A DNA stretch of 64,000 bases from Pristiophorus japonicus (lineage: Eukaryota). Of the stretch, positions 1 through 11,480 are shown piece after piece. Numbering within the stretch: position 1 is the first letter of the stretch; each line of letters opens with the position of its first letter. A program made the translations under genes and the position numbers. The stretch covers positions 100,254,001 through 100,318,000 of the forward strand of contig NC_091993.1 in assembly GCF_044704955.1 (NCBI RefSeq). The letters are read 5' to 3'. Under the pieces are notes generated by a model, which was not told the origin of the DNA, made no database searches, and worked only from the letters and a program-made list of their open reading frames with translations.

Positions 1-1295
1 AGGGGACCTACATTTGTCTTTACTAACCTTTTTCTCTTTACATATCTATAGAAGCTTTTGCAGTCCATCTTAATGTTCCCTGCAAGCTTCCTCTCGTACT
101 CTATTTTCCCTGCCCTAATCAAACCCTTTGTCCTCCTCTGCTGAGTTCTAAATTTCTCCTAGTCCCCGGGTTCGCTGCTATTTCTGGCCAATTTGTATGC
201 CACTTCCTTGGCTTTAATACTATCCCTGATTTCTCTTCATAGCCACGGTTGAGCCACCTTTCCTTTTTTATTTTTATGCCAGACAGGGATGTACAATTGT
301 TGTAGTTCATCCATGTGGTCTCTAAATGTCTGCCATTGCCCATCCACTGTCAACCCCTTAAGTATCATTCGCCAATCTATCCTAGCCAATTCACGCCTTA
401 TACCTTCAAAGTTACCCTTCTTTAAGTTCTGGACCATGGTCTCTGAATTAACTGTTTCATTCTCCATCCTAATATAGAATTCCATCATATTATGGTCACT
501 CTTCCCCAAGGGGCCTCGCACAACAAGATTGTTAATTAATCCTCTCTCATTACACAACACCCAGTCTAAGATGGCCTCCCCCCAAGTTGGTTCCTCGACA
601 TATTGGTCTAGAAAACCATCCCTTATGCATTCCAGGAAATCATCCTCCACCATATTGCTTCCAGTTTGGTTAGCCCAATCTATATGCATATTAAAGTCAC
701 CCATGATAACTGCTGCACCTTTATTGTATGCACCCCTAATTTCCTGTTTAATGCCCTTCCCAACATCACTACTACTGTTTGGAGGTCTGTACGCAACTCC
801 CACTAACGTTTTTTGCCCTTTGGTGTTCTGCAGCTCTACCCATATAGATTCCACATCATCCAAGCTAATGTCCTTCCTAACTATTGCATTAATCTCCTCT
901 TTAACCAGCAATGCTACCCCACCTCCTTTTCCTTTTATTCTATCCTTCCTGAATGTTGAATATCCTTGGATGTTGAGTTCCCAGCCCTGATCATCCTGGA
1001 GCCACGTCTCTGTAATCCCAATCACATCATATCTGTTAACATCTATTTGCACAGTTAATTCATCCACCTTATTACGGATCCTCCTTGCATTAAGATACAA
1101 AGCCTTCAGGCTTGTTTTTTTAACACCCTTTGTCCTTTTAGAATTATGATGTAGTGTGGCCCTTTTTGTTTCTTGCCTTTGTTTACTCGGCCTTCCACTA
1201 TTGCTTTTTACCTTTCTACCATCTGTTTCTGACTCCATATTACTTCGCCCTGTCTCACTGCATAGGTTCCCATTGCCCTGCCATATTAGTTTAAA
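1..1295 (-). pseudogene. CR1 ORF2 N-terminus (APE endonuclease) with a premature TGA at 237-239
   Basis: YLNAR, GITETWL, GGGVALLV, YRPP, MGDFN, LDWVL, SDH motifs; WL* where the sister copy reads WLS. Confidence 0.9.
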
Positions 1296-2227
1296 CACTC
1301 CCGAACTGCATTTGCAAATGTTACCCCCAGGACATCAGTTCCAGTCCTGCCCAAGTGCAAACCGTCCCTTTTGTACAGGTCCCACATCCCCCAGAACTGG
1401 TTCCAATGTCCCAGGAATTTGAATTCCTCCCTCTTGCACCACTGCTCAAGCCACATATTTATTCTAACTATCCTGCTCCCTCTACTCTGATTAGCACGTG
1501 GCACTGGTAGCAATCCAGAGATTACTGCCTTTGAGGTCCTACTTTTTAATTTAACTCCTAGCTCCCTAAATTCAGCTTGTAAGACCTCTTCCCACTTCTT
1601 ACCTATATCGTTGATACCTTCATGTACCACGACAACTGGCTGTTCACCCTCCCTCTCCAGAATGCTCTGCAGCCGCTCCGAGACATCCTTGACCCTTGCA
1701 CCAGGGAGGCAACATACCATCCTGGAGTCTCGGTTGCAGCCGCAGAAATTCCTATCTATTCCCCTTACAATAGAGTCCCCTATCACTATAGCTCCCCCAC
1801 TCTTTTTCCCGCCCTTCTGTGCAGCAGAGCCACCCATGGTGCCATGAACCTGGCTGCTGGTGCCTTCCCCTGGTAAGTCATCTCCCCCAACAGTATCCAA
1901 AACGGTATATCTGTGTTGGAGGGAGATGATCGCAGGGGACTCCTGCACTACCTTCCTGCTCTTGCCTTGTCTCTTGGTCACCCATTCACTATCTGTTCTA
2001 ACCCTTACCTGCGGTGTGACCAACTCACTAAATGTGCTATCCACAACATCCTCAGCATCGCGCATGCTCCAGAGTGAGTCCATCCGCAGCTCCAGTGCCA
2101 TCATGCGGTCGGTCAGGAGCTGCAGCTGGACACACTTCCCACACACATAGTAGTCAGGGACACTGGCTTCCTTGACTTCCCACATAGCACAGGAGGAACA
2201 TGACACGGGTCCGAGCTCTCCTGCCAT
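1286..2227 (-). CDS. CR1 ORF1p: N-terminal CxxC..CxxC zinc finger/leucine zipper plus SGNH (GDSL-like) esterase domain
   Basis: 313-aa open frame; CSSC..CGKC, IVIGDSIVR, CLPGARV, VVVHEGIND, DGLHL motifs. Confidence 0.9.
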   Translation of the reverse strand: MAGELGPVSCSSCAMWEVKEASVPDYYVCGKCVQLQLLTDRMMALELRMDSLWSMRDAEDVVDSTFSELVTPQVRVRTDSEWVTKRQGKSRKVVQESPAIISLQHRYTVLDTVGGDDLPGEGTSSQVHGTMGGSAAQKGGKKSGGAIVIGDSIVRGIDRNFCGCNRDSRMVCCLPGARVKDVSERLQSILEREGEQPVVVVHEGINDIGKKWEEVLQAEFRELGVKLKSRTSKAVISGLLPVPRANQSRGSRIVRINMWLEQWCKREEFKFLGHWNQFWGMWDLYKRDGLHLGRTGTDVLGVTFANAVRECLN

Positions 2228-2400
2228 GACTGAACCCTTAAGTTAATTTACTTACTAAAATGTACTTAAACACCAAACAGCTGCTTAGTAGTTCGCTGCC
2301 AATTAAACCAATCTAAAAGTCAGTCTAAAAGAGAGTTATACTTACCAGTTGAACAGCCAACCACTTACCAGCTTGGCTGTGACGTCACCTGTGACGTTAC

Positions 2401-4505
2401 ATGCTAAGCAGCAGAAGCAGCATGCTATAAACAGAGTTAAGCAATCCCACAATCAACAGATCAGATCAAAGATCTGCAGTCCTGCTACATCCAGCCATGA
2501 ATGATGGTGAACAATTAAACAACTAACAGGAGGAGGAGGCTTCATGAATATTCCCATCCTCAATAATGGTAAAGCCCAGCATGCGAGTGCAAAGGACAAG
2601 GTTGAACCGTTTGCAACCATCTTCAGCCAGAAGTGCTGAGTGAATGATCCATATTGGCCTCCTCCTGACGTCCCCACTATTACAGAAGCCAGTCTTCAGC
2701 CAACTCGATTCACTCCATGTGATATCAAGAAATGGCTGAGCGCACTGGTTAGAGCAAAGGCTATGGGCCCCGACAAAATCCCAGCTGTCATGCTGAAGAC
2801 TTGTGCTCCAGAACTAGCCGTGCCTCAAGCCAAGCTGTTCCAGTACAGTTACAACACAGGAAGCTACCCGACAATAAGAACATAAGAACGTAAGAAATAA
2901 CAGCAAGAGTAGGCCATTTGGCCCCTTGCGCCTGCTCCGCTATTCAATAAGATCATGGCTGATTTGATCCTGGCCTCAACTCCACTTCCCTGCCTATTCC
3001 CCATAATCCTTGACTCCCTTATCTTTCAAAAATCTGTCTATCTCCACCTTATTCAAAAACCCATCCTCCACTGGTCTCTGGGGTAGAGAATTCCATAGAT
3101 TCACGACCCTCTGAGAGAAGAAATTCCTCCTCATCTCCACTTTAAATGGACGACCCCTTATCATGAAACTACGCCCCCTAGTTCTAGATTTCCCCACGGG
3201 GGGAAACATCCTCTCTGCATCTACCCTGTCAGCCCCCTCGGAATTTTATAGGTTTCAATAAGATCACCTCTCATTCTTCTAAACTCCAATGAGTGTAGGC
3301 CCAACCCGCTCAAACTTTCTTCATAAGACAACCCCTTCATCTCAGGAATCAACCTCGTGAAACTTCTTTGAACTGCCTCCAATGCAAGTATATCCCTCCT
3401 TAAATAAGGAGACCAAAACTATATACAGTAATCCAGGTGTGGTCTCACCAATACCCTGCACCATTGTAGCAGGACCTCCCTACTTTTATACTCCATCTCC
3501 CTTGCAATGAAGGTCTTCCTAATTATTGCTGTGTCTGTATGCTAACCTTTTGTGATTCATGTACAAGGACCCTCAGATCTCTTTGTACCGCAACATTTTG
3601 TAATCTCTCCCCATTTAAATAATAATTTGCTTTTTTATTTTTCCCATCAAAGTGGATAACCTCATATTTTCTCACATTATACTCCATTTGCCAAAGTTTT
3701 GCCCACTCACTTAGGCTATCTATATATTTGCGTCCTCCTCACAACTTGCTTTCCCACCTATCTTTGTATCATCAGCAAATATGGTTACATTACACTCGGC
3801 CCCATCATCCAAGTCATTAATATAGATTGTAAATAGTTGAGGCTTCAGCACTGATCCCTGTGGCACCTCACTAGTTACTGTTTGCCAACCTGAAAAATAA
3901 CCCATTTATCCACAAAAGCAGGACAAATCCAATCCGACCAATTACTGCCCCATCAGTCTACTCTCAATCATCAGCAAAGTGATGGAAGGTGTCGTCGACA
4001 GTGCTATCATCCAGCACTTACTCACCAATGATCTGTCACCGAAGCTCAATTTGATTCCGCCTGGATCACTTGGCTCCAGACCTCATTACAGCCTTGGTCC
4101 AAACATGGACAAGAGAGCTGAATTCCAGAGGTGAGGTGAAAATGACTGCCTTTGACATTAAGTCAGCATTTGACCGAGTGTGGCGTCAAGGAGCCCTAGT
4201 AAAACTGAAGTCAATGGGAATCACGGGGAAAACTCTCCACTGGCTGGAGTCATACCTAGCACAAAGGAAGATGTTTGTGGTTGTTGGACGTCATTCATCC
4301 CAGCTCTAGGACATCACTGCTGGAGTTACTCTGGGTAGTGTTCTAGGCCTAACCATCTTCAGCTGCTTCATCAATGACCTACCCTCCATCATAAGGTCGG
4401 AAATGAAGATATTTGCTGCTGATTACAGAGTGTTCAGTTCCATTCGCAACTCCTCAGAAAATGAAGCAGCAAGACCTGGATGACATTCAGGTTTGAGCTG
4501 ATAAA
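2401..4505 (+). mobile_element. Decayed RT fragment of a second CR1-group LINE family, split by the insertion at 2875-3908
   Basis: KAMGPDKIP..LKTCAPEL before the insert; PISLLSI, DIKSAFDRVW, GSVLG, degenerate FADD after it. Confidence 0.75.
2875..3908 (-). mobile_element. 5'-truncated CR1 3' fragment
   Basis: PQGSVL, FADDTK on the minus strand; (ttcttatg)n-type tail at 2875-2895. Confidence 0.88.
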
Positions 4506-4559
4506 CTAGGCTGGCATTTCAGTGCAGTACCAAGGAAGTCCTGCACTGCTGGAGATGCC

Positions 4560-5182
4560 GGACCCGAAATTGATGGCCTTTACCGCCCACTGCCGTTGAC
4601 ATTCCTCCTTGAGTTGCACCCAGTGCCACTTTCGATTTGGGCTGGAGTGGGCTAGAGGGGAGAACCATCTCACTGGGCGGGGGTCCACTTATGCCACTCA
4701 GCGAATGGCCGAGTGGCGTAAGTGGACCCCCGCCCAGTAAGATGCCATATTGGTGCGGGCGGGGGTCGGTGAGAGTCGGTGCCAGAACAGGGGTGGACCG
4801 CTGGCTGGAGGCTGGTCTGTCCCCGACAGTAGGTATGAAGAGCTGAAAAACAGATGAGTAAACATTTCATAATTTTTTTCTTTACAGGGACTTACTTGGA
4901 TGTTTTCTTTTGATGCTTTTCCTTTTCAGGTCTTCGACCCTCCGTGGGCCCGACTCCATCCTTGGTGGCACTTGGGCAGCAAGCGCATTTGCCGCCGAGA
5001 TTGGGAGCTCCCGCCGGCTACTGCCCAGATTAGCAGCCCAAGTCCCTCTTTTGCCGCCCGCTGTCCTTTGAAGGACCTTTCCGATGAAAACCCTGCCCAA
5101 AGTACCGTCAGGTACCTCGGCGGGCCATTGGTGGTCCTTTGGGCTGCACTTGGGCGGGCGGGGGCCTTCACCAATTTCGGCC
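4560..5182. mobile_element. GC-rich non-autonomous TIR element (MITE-like) inserted in a SINE remnant
   Basis: Termini gacccgaaattg / caatttcggcc are inverted; SINE-like sequence on both sides (4505-4559, 5183-5217). Confidence 0.6.
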
Positions 5183-5257
5183 ACGCTAATTTCATTGTTG
5201 TTTGTGGGAGCTTGCTGAAGAACTGAAGGAATCTGTCAGCCTTTCAAAAAGTGCTTA

Positions 5258-6378
5258 AATCAAATAGGCTTGTTAGCAAAATTAAAGCCCATGGGATAAA
5301 AGCAGCCGCATGGCTAGAAATTGGCTAAGGGATCGAAAACAGAGAGTTGTGGTGAAAGGCTGCTCTTCGGACTGGAAGGAGGTTTACAGTGGAGTTCCCC
5401 AAGGTTCAGTATTAGGACCACTGCTGTTTTTGATATACATTAATGACTTGGACTTGGGGGTACAGGGCACAATTTCAAAATTTTCAAGTCTAATAAACAA
5501 TGCGGAAGCTAGTAATAGACTTCAAGAAGACATAGACAGGCTGGAGGAATGGGCGGACACGTGGTCGATGAAATTCAACGCAGAGAAGTGTGAAATGATA
5601 CATTTTGGTAGGAATAATGAGGAGGGACCAAACATACTAAATGGTACAATTTTAAAGGGGTACAAGAACAGAGAGACCTGGGGGTGCTTGTGCACAAAGG
5701 TTTGAAGATGGCAGGGCAGATAAACAAAGCAGTTAATAAAGCAGATGGGGTCTTGGGCTTTATAAATAGAGGCTTGCATACAAAAGCCAGGAAGCTACGC
5801 TAAACCTATATAAAACACTAGTTCAGCCACAGCTGGAGTATTGTGTCGAATTCTGGGCACCACACTTTAGGAAGGACGTGAAGGCTTTGGAGAAGGTACA
5901 GAAGAGATTTACTAGAATGGTTCCAGGGATGAGGGATTACAGTTACGTGGATAGACTGGAGAAGCTGGGGTTGTTCTCCTCAGAGCAGAGAAGGCGAGAG
6001 GAGATTTGATAGAAGTGTTTAAAATCATAAAGGGTTTAGACAGAGTAAATAAAGTGAAACTTTCTTCAATGACTGAATGGTTGATAATGGGAGGGCACGG
6101 ATTTAAGGTGATTGCTAAAAGAACCAGAGGTAACATGAGGGAAAACTTTTTTAGACAACGAGTTGTTAGAATTTGGAATGTTTTGCCCGATAGGACAGTG
6201 GATACAGATTCAATAGTAGCCTTCAAAAGGGAATTGGATAAATACTTGAAAGAGAAAAAATTGCTCGGATATGGGGAAAGAACAGGGGAGTGGGATTAAC
6301 CGGTTTGCTCTACAAAAGAGCTGGCACAGACTCGACAGGCCGAATGGCCTCCTTCTGTGCTGTTATTCTATGATTATA
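5258..6378 (+). mobile_element. CR1 ORF2 3' fragment (older subfamily)
   Basis: [36 protein letters not shown]; tail gccgaatggcctcc..ttctatg. Confidence 0.88.
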
Positions 6379-6388
6379 TCATTCTATT

Positions 6389-6941
6389 GGCTGGATTTTC
6401 ACGTGGTTTGTGACCGGGTTTTTGCCACGTTTTGACCCTCCATGGTGAAAACCCGATCGCTAAACCTGGTGGTGATCCTTGGTTCCTAGTTTGCGGTGGT
6501 GCTTGGAAGCACCGCTGGGGGGAGCTGCACCGGGGGTGGTACGACTCGGATTGCGACAATGTCCGAGTTTCGAGACTCACACGACCCGTACGCCGCGCCC
6601 TGAAGATCGCCAGCCCCGGTAATTTGGAAAACCTGAAAAAAAGGTAAATGAAATGTTTTCTTTTCTTTGCAGCGATTTGTTAGGTAAGGGTCTTGGTCAT
6701 GTTTTTGGAATTAAAATTTTTTTTTTCCCCCTCTCCAAAGGCCTCTCTCGCAGTGCTTCCGGCCCCACAATAAAGTTGGCGAGGATCGCGTTTTTGTGCC
6801 GCGAATAATTGTGCAACGCCTCCCTTTGTGATGCCCCAAAGGCCGAAAGTTAGGCCTTAAATCAATAACGAAGGGAAAACGGTAATTTTCTGCACCGCCT
6901 CCGTTTTCGCCCCGAAATGGAGAAACCCAAAAATCTAGCCC
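6389..6941. mobile_element. GC-rich TIR element, same family as 13956-14491
   Basis: ggctggatttt / aaaatctagcc inverted termini; internal similarity to 13956-14491. Confidence 0.75.
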
Positions 6942-9134
6942 CCTTGCATCAACTTGCCGAGTTCCACTGTCCTGTCCATGTGGGACCTCATTTAAAACAA
7001 CATTTGGCAGCCCAAAAGTTAAATTATGCCTTTAACAGTGTCTGACTAGGTTCGATCATGGCCTGAAATATTGACTTAATTGCCATTCAATTAACTAATA
7101 AACACAGGTGTGCAAGCAGACTGCTGCAGTTTGGTCCTGAATTTAATCTTTTGTTTGTCAAGTGTGTGTCAATCTCCCTGAACACTGTTCTTTCATTTTG
7201 AGTCTATATTTTAAAAAAAAGAGTGGTCAGGGAGAATTTTTAGAGCAAGTAATTTTTTTGTGGCCTATATATAGTCTCCTTCCTTCCTATATTCGTCTAG
7301 GTAGTTTCTATTCTTCCTCAGACTACAAAACGACCGTTGAAACAGGATAAACAATAACAGTCTGTTAAGTACATCAGTGCCAATGAAACCTGTCTCAAAT
7401 GTGATTTATAGCACTGGCATTGTAACATTTTTAAAATAAAAGAAGTATGGCACAAATTGCAGTTTTATACAGATAGTAAAATTACTCACAGTCTAAAAAT
7501 CTGCCTGCATCAAAAGAAACTTTGGAGCTTCTACATATTTTTCTCATGTACTCCCGAACTGTCGGATATAGGAAATATATTAATACAGAAAGTTCGGTAG
7601 AGTTAGAATGTAAACTCAGTGAAGGCAGGAAGATAAGTGAGGAATTTTAAGTGTTTTCCCCGAGGCCCCATCCTGGAAGCAAAGGTAGGTAAGGAGCTTG
7701 AAAAACATGGCCAGGAAATCCAGATGAAACAAAATAAAAGCTGTACTAATTAGACATCGATAGGGCTGATTTCTGTGTTTACTATAACCTGCTTTGACTG
7801 TTTTGCTTTAACAAGATAAGTCAAGACATAGAATTGAAGAGAAAATACCACGTAAATGTGATTGTTAGTATAAAGTGTGAACAGAACAGCTCAACAAAGG
7901 ATGACACTTGTCTCTAAAATACTGAAGTCGACATTTTAACACTCTGAAGAATAGTTCTGGACAAGAATGCGCACAGCGAAGTAAAGATTATAATCTTGGA
8001 ATTTATTTTTCGGAATTCAACAGGATGTCAGTGTACTATACAGGTAAATGTTTGGAATTTTTGAATTCTCTAGGGTACAGAGAAGGTCGCTGACCCAATG
8101 ACCATAAAATAAATTCTACTCGGCCACCTCAAAGCAACAGTGTGTGGGAAAAACTCCTACTTTGTTGGGAGGTCAGGAGGTCACTCGAAAGGCATCCTAT
8201 TTGTCATTCAAAATCTCTTTAAGGATTATCCTTTCTTCATGACCAGGTCTGCAAATACCCAGTTTGTAAATATGAGAAGGAAGTGAATGGTTAGCCTGAC
8301 TGTGATGCTCTTTGAACTACATGGCAGTCCTTATCAAAATACCTAGTTAAATGTGTGTGGAAAAATCTCATGGCCTTGTTAATGAAGTCCTATTGGAGAG
8401 CTGTCAGCTATAAACAAAGGAATTTATATGGGATGATTCTGTATTTGTTTTACATGCTAACTCCTCAACAATTATATATTGTTTTGGTGCATGCAAAAGC
8501 TCTCCTAACCTTATTTTCCATATTATTTCCCAGTCTGTAGTGTATCCTTTATACAATATACAGATGTTGTACCTTTTTAAAATATATTTTTTCAGTGACT
8601 GGGATTACAGTGAACTATAATTATTTTCAATTTAGTGTGGATTGATTTTGAATGGAGTGAAAGATTAGATTCATGACACTATTATCTATTAACTATCAGA
8701 GTGTATCCTGCTTTAAAAAATGTATTAACATTATACCGGAGTAGAGTTTGTCTAGTGTAAATACTATAGATTGGCTAGTGTTCCTCTTAAATCACTATTA
8801 GTGGTGTTTCAGTGAAGCATCAAGAGTGGTGTAAATGCCTCCCAGAGTCATGCTGATTTCCCTCTCCTATTAATCACAAACAAAATGGCTGTGTTTGCAG
8901 GTCTGACCTCAGCAATTACAGTTTGCGCAGTCAGCTGGATTTCAATTTTGTGAATGAATTGGCTCTATGATGTTCAATACTAGACTAATGTGTTACACAA
9001 TTTCACTGCCATTTTAACTCTGTCCTGAGCTGTGACTTTCCTGCTAAACTGAATAAAGTCGAGACCTGCCGGGAAGATGAAAAGGCCCAAGCAGGTACAG
9101 GTTATTTTATTTCCAGAGTATGATCACCATTCCA

Positions 9135-9222
9135 TTGGACTGTTCAGCCACCTAAGGACTCATTTTAAGAGTGGAAGCAAGTCTTCCTTAATTCCGAGGG
9201 ACTGCCTATGATGATTATGATT
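9135..9222 (+). mobile_element. RTE LINE 3' tail
   Basis: gagtggaagcaagtcttc..gagggactgcctatgatgat terminus shared with the RTE copies in this window. Confidence 0.8.
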
Positions 9223-10112
9223 AAAAAGTGCATGTACGCATGTGGAGGAGTGTGGGAGCGAGGTGAGTTCTGAAACTCATTATAGGTGGGCATTATTGTA
9301 TGTTCATTATTGTATGTTCTTAAATATAAGTTGAAAGAAAGTGAGAATATAGGCTTGGATGTGTCTCAAGTGTGTTGCCCAAGGGAAACAGCTAATAGCA
9401 ATCAAGTCCAACCCCACAGTGAGGGAGAGAAAATCAGAAAGAGAATCACCCTAGGCAGCCACCACGCACCCACCTAGCGGTTTACCATAGAGTGGTGTCG
9501 GTGTAGGCTAGGAACAGCTCTTCAGCTTGTCCAATTGGCTGTGGAAGGTTCAGAAAGTGGCACACGCCCAAATAGGCTGAATGGCCTCCTTCTGCATGGC
9601 ATCGTTCTATGATTCTATGAAGTGCAGAGGCTACAGGAAGGGACATTGGAGAGAAAAATAAATCAAATCATTCAATACAAAATACTGAAAGTAGAGCTAT
9701 CAGAATTAAAGTGAAATGTAATCAGTTTGCTATAACTCACAAATGATAATAAAACCATACAATAACATTCATTCACTTATCCTTTATATTTCTCTTAATC
9801 TCTTCTCCATCTCCTCATTCCTCCTTCCCCCACATCGCCCCACCTCCATGCAGTTCAACATATATTCACTGATAGATGGTATTCACTGTTCTTTCCTTCA
9901 AGCTGTTAATAGAATTCTCATTAGAGTTATCCTGTTCCAAATTAGTTACTCTCCCAGAATGTGTATATTTAGACTGATAGACCTCAGTCGGATATACCAG
10001 GCCATTCCTCTTTATGAAGGTAAAGCTCTGCTCAAATCTTGGAGATATTGTGGCCAGACCTAACTTTAGAACATCTGTCAGGGTTAGACCCTAAAATGTT
10101 GATGAACACTCT

Positions 10113-10398
10113 GGCCTTAAAGGAAACATTATCAGGAATTACTGACTCAGAAGATAGAAATTCCTGCATGTAAACTATGGCTAATTCAAGAGTATTGAGA
10201 ATAAAGTGCATCACGAGTTATTTTGAACAGCTTTTAAAGTTGCAGTGGACATTGTTCAAAAATATAATTAGTGCAAAATATATAGTAACCTGGCATGGCC
10301 ATCAGCATCAGCAATATTCACAGATTGGCCACTGTTTAGATGCAGGAATTTCTGATTTGTAAACCAGGAATTCCTGAAGACAATGCTTCTTTAATGCC
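10113..10398. repeat. Imperfect ~285-bp palindrome (old MITE-like hairpin)
   Basis: 10156-10185 matches the reverse complement of 10324-10353 at 26/30; an outer arm pair also matches loosely. Confidence 0.6.
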
Positions 10399-11021
10399 CT
10401 TGACTGGTTAGTGAAAAAGTACAAAGCCGTTTGGGGGATGTTGGTCACTATGCTCAAAAGATGGATTAGATCTGCTTGGGGCGGAAGGGATTAAAGGACA
10501 GGAACAAAATAGTTTCTTAAGCCATTTTTACACGACAAGGTTGCATTCATTTAGGATCAGGATGAGCATTTTAAAGTGTTCTTTGCTCTTGCCCAGTTCA
10601 TGCACTCAGTGGTATTGAATTACCATTCCCAGCACACGGACTGTTAATTTTTTTTAATAGAAGATGACAGGAGATCCCGTGTGGCCATTACACTGGCCTA
10701 ATGCAAATATTTTGATTTCCAACCGATTCTGAATCTGGTACAGTTACTCAGATTTTACTCAAAATTAAGCGTGGAGTAAATATATATTGTTTATATTAGG
10801 ATAGTCCTGCAAATGTAAACTGAAAATTTCTCTGCTATCTAATGATATCAGAGAGACAGATATGCTAATCATTTATCTTTACAAATCTTAAGTATTTAAG
10901 TATGTTCTCAGGTAAAGTTTTGATTTCAAGTTGATACTTTTCCAGGTAGGTATAGTGTTGTATAGTACACTGAACTCAATGTTGTTTGATAATGCTTATG
11001 TTGAGGTTTCACAATGTTAAA

Positions 11022-11480
11022 GTGTCAGCTGTGGCTCAGTGGGTAGCGCTCTCGCCTCTGAGTCTGAAGGTTGTAGGCTCAAGTCCCACTCCAAGGACTT
11101 GAGCATAAAAATAGAGGCTGACACTCCAATGCAATGCCAAGGGAGTGCTGCACTGTCGGAGGTGCCATCTTTCAGGTGAGACGTTAAACTGAATCAGCTC
11201 TCTGAAGTCGACGTAAAAGATCCCATGGCACTATTTCGAAGAAGAGCAGGGGAGTTATTCCTGGTGTCATTCCTATTCATCCCTCAATCAACAACAAAAA
11301 CAGATTATCTGGTAATTATCACATTGCTGTTTGTGGGAGCTTGCTTGTGTGCAAATTGGCTGCCATGTTTCCTACATTACAACAGTGACTGCACTCCAAA
11401 AATACTCCATTGGCTGTAAAGTACTTTGAGACATCCAGTGGTCATGAAAGGTGCTATATAAATGCAAGTCTTTTTTTTCT
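11022..11480 (+). mobile_element. Full-length tRNA-headed Deu-domain SINE (SacSINE1/AmnSINE1-like) with L2-type tail
   Basis: A box tggctcagtggg, degenerate B box ggctcaagtccc, Deu-like core gtgctgcactgtcggaggtgcc..aaagatcccatggcac, tail ggtgctatataaatgcaagtc. Confidence 0.8.

Larger units (their letters stand above)
1..2400 (-). mobile_element. CR1/HER1-type LINE, 5' part (5'UTR, ORF1, ORF2 endonuclease); runs off the left edge
   Basis: ORF1 plus overlapping ORF2 with APE motifs; near-identical to the CR1 copy at 22400-25527 over the endonuclease region. Confidence 0.93.

Noticed and set aside
11022-11095. tRNA-like A/B boxes (also at 16686, 30013, 62558)
   Set aside because: SINE heads continuing into SINE bodies, not tRNA genes
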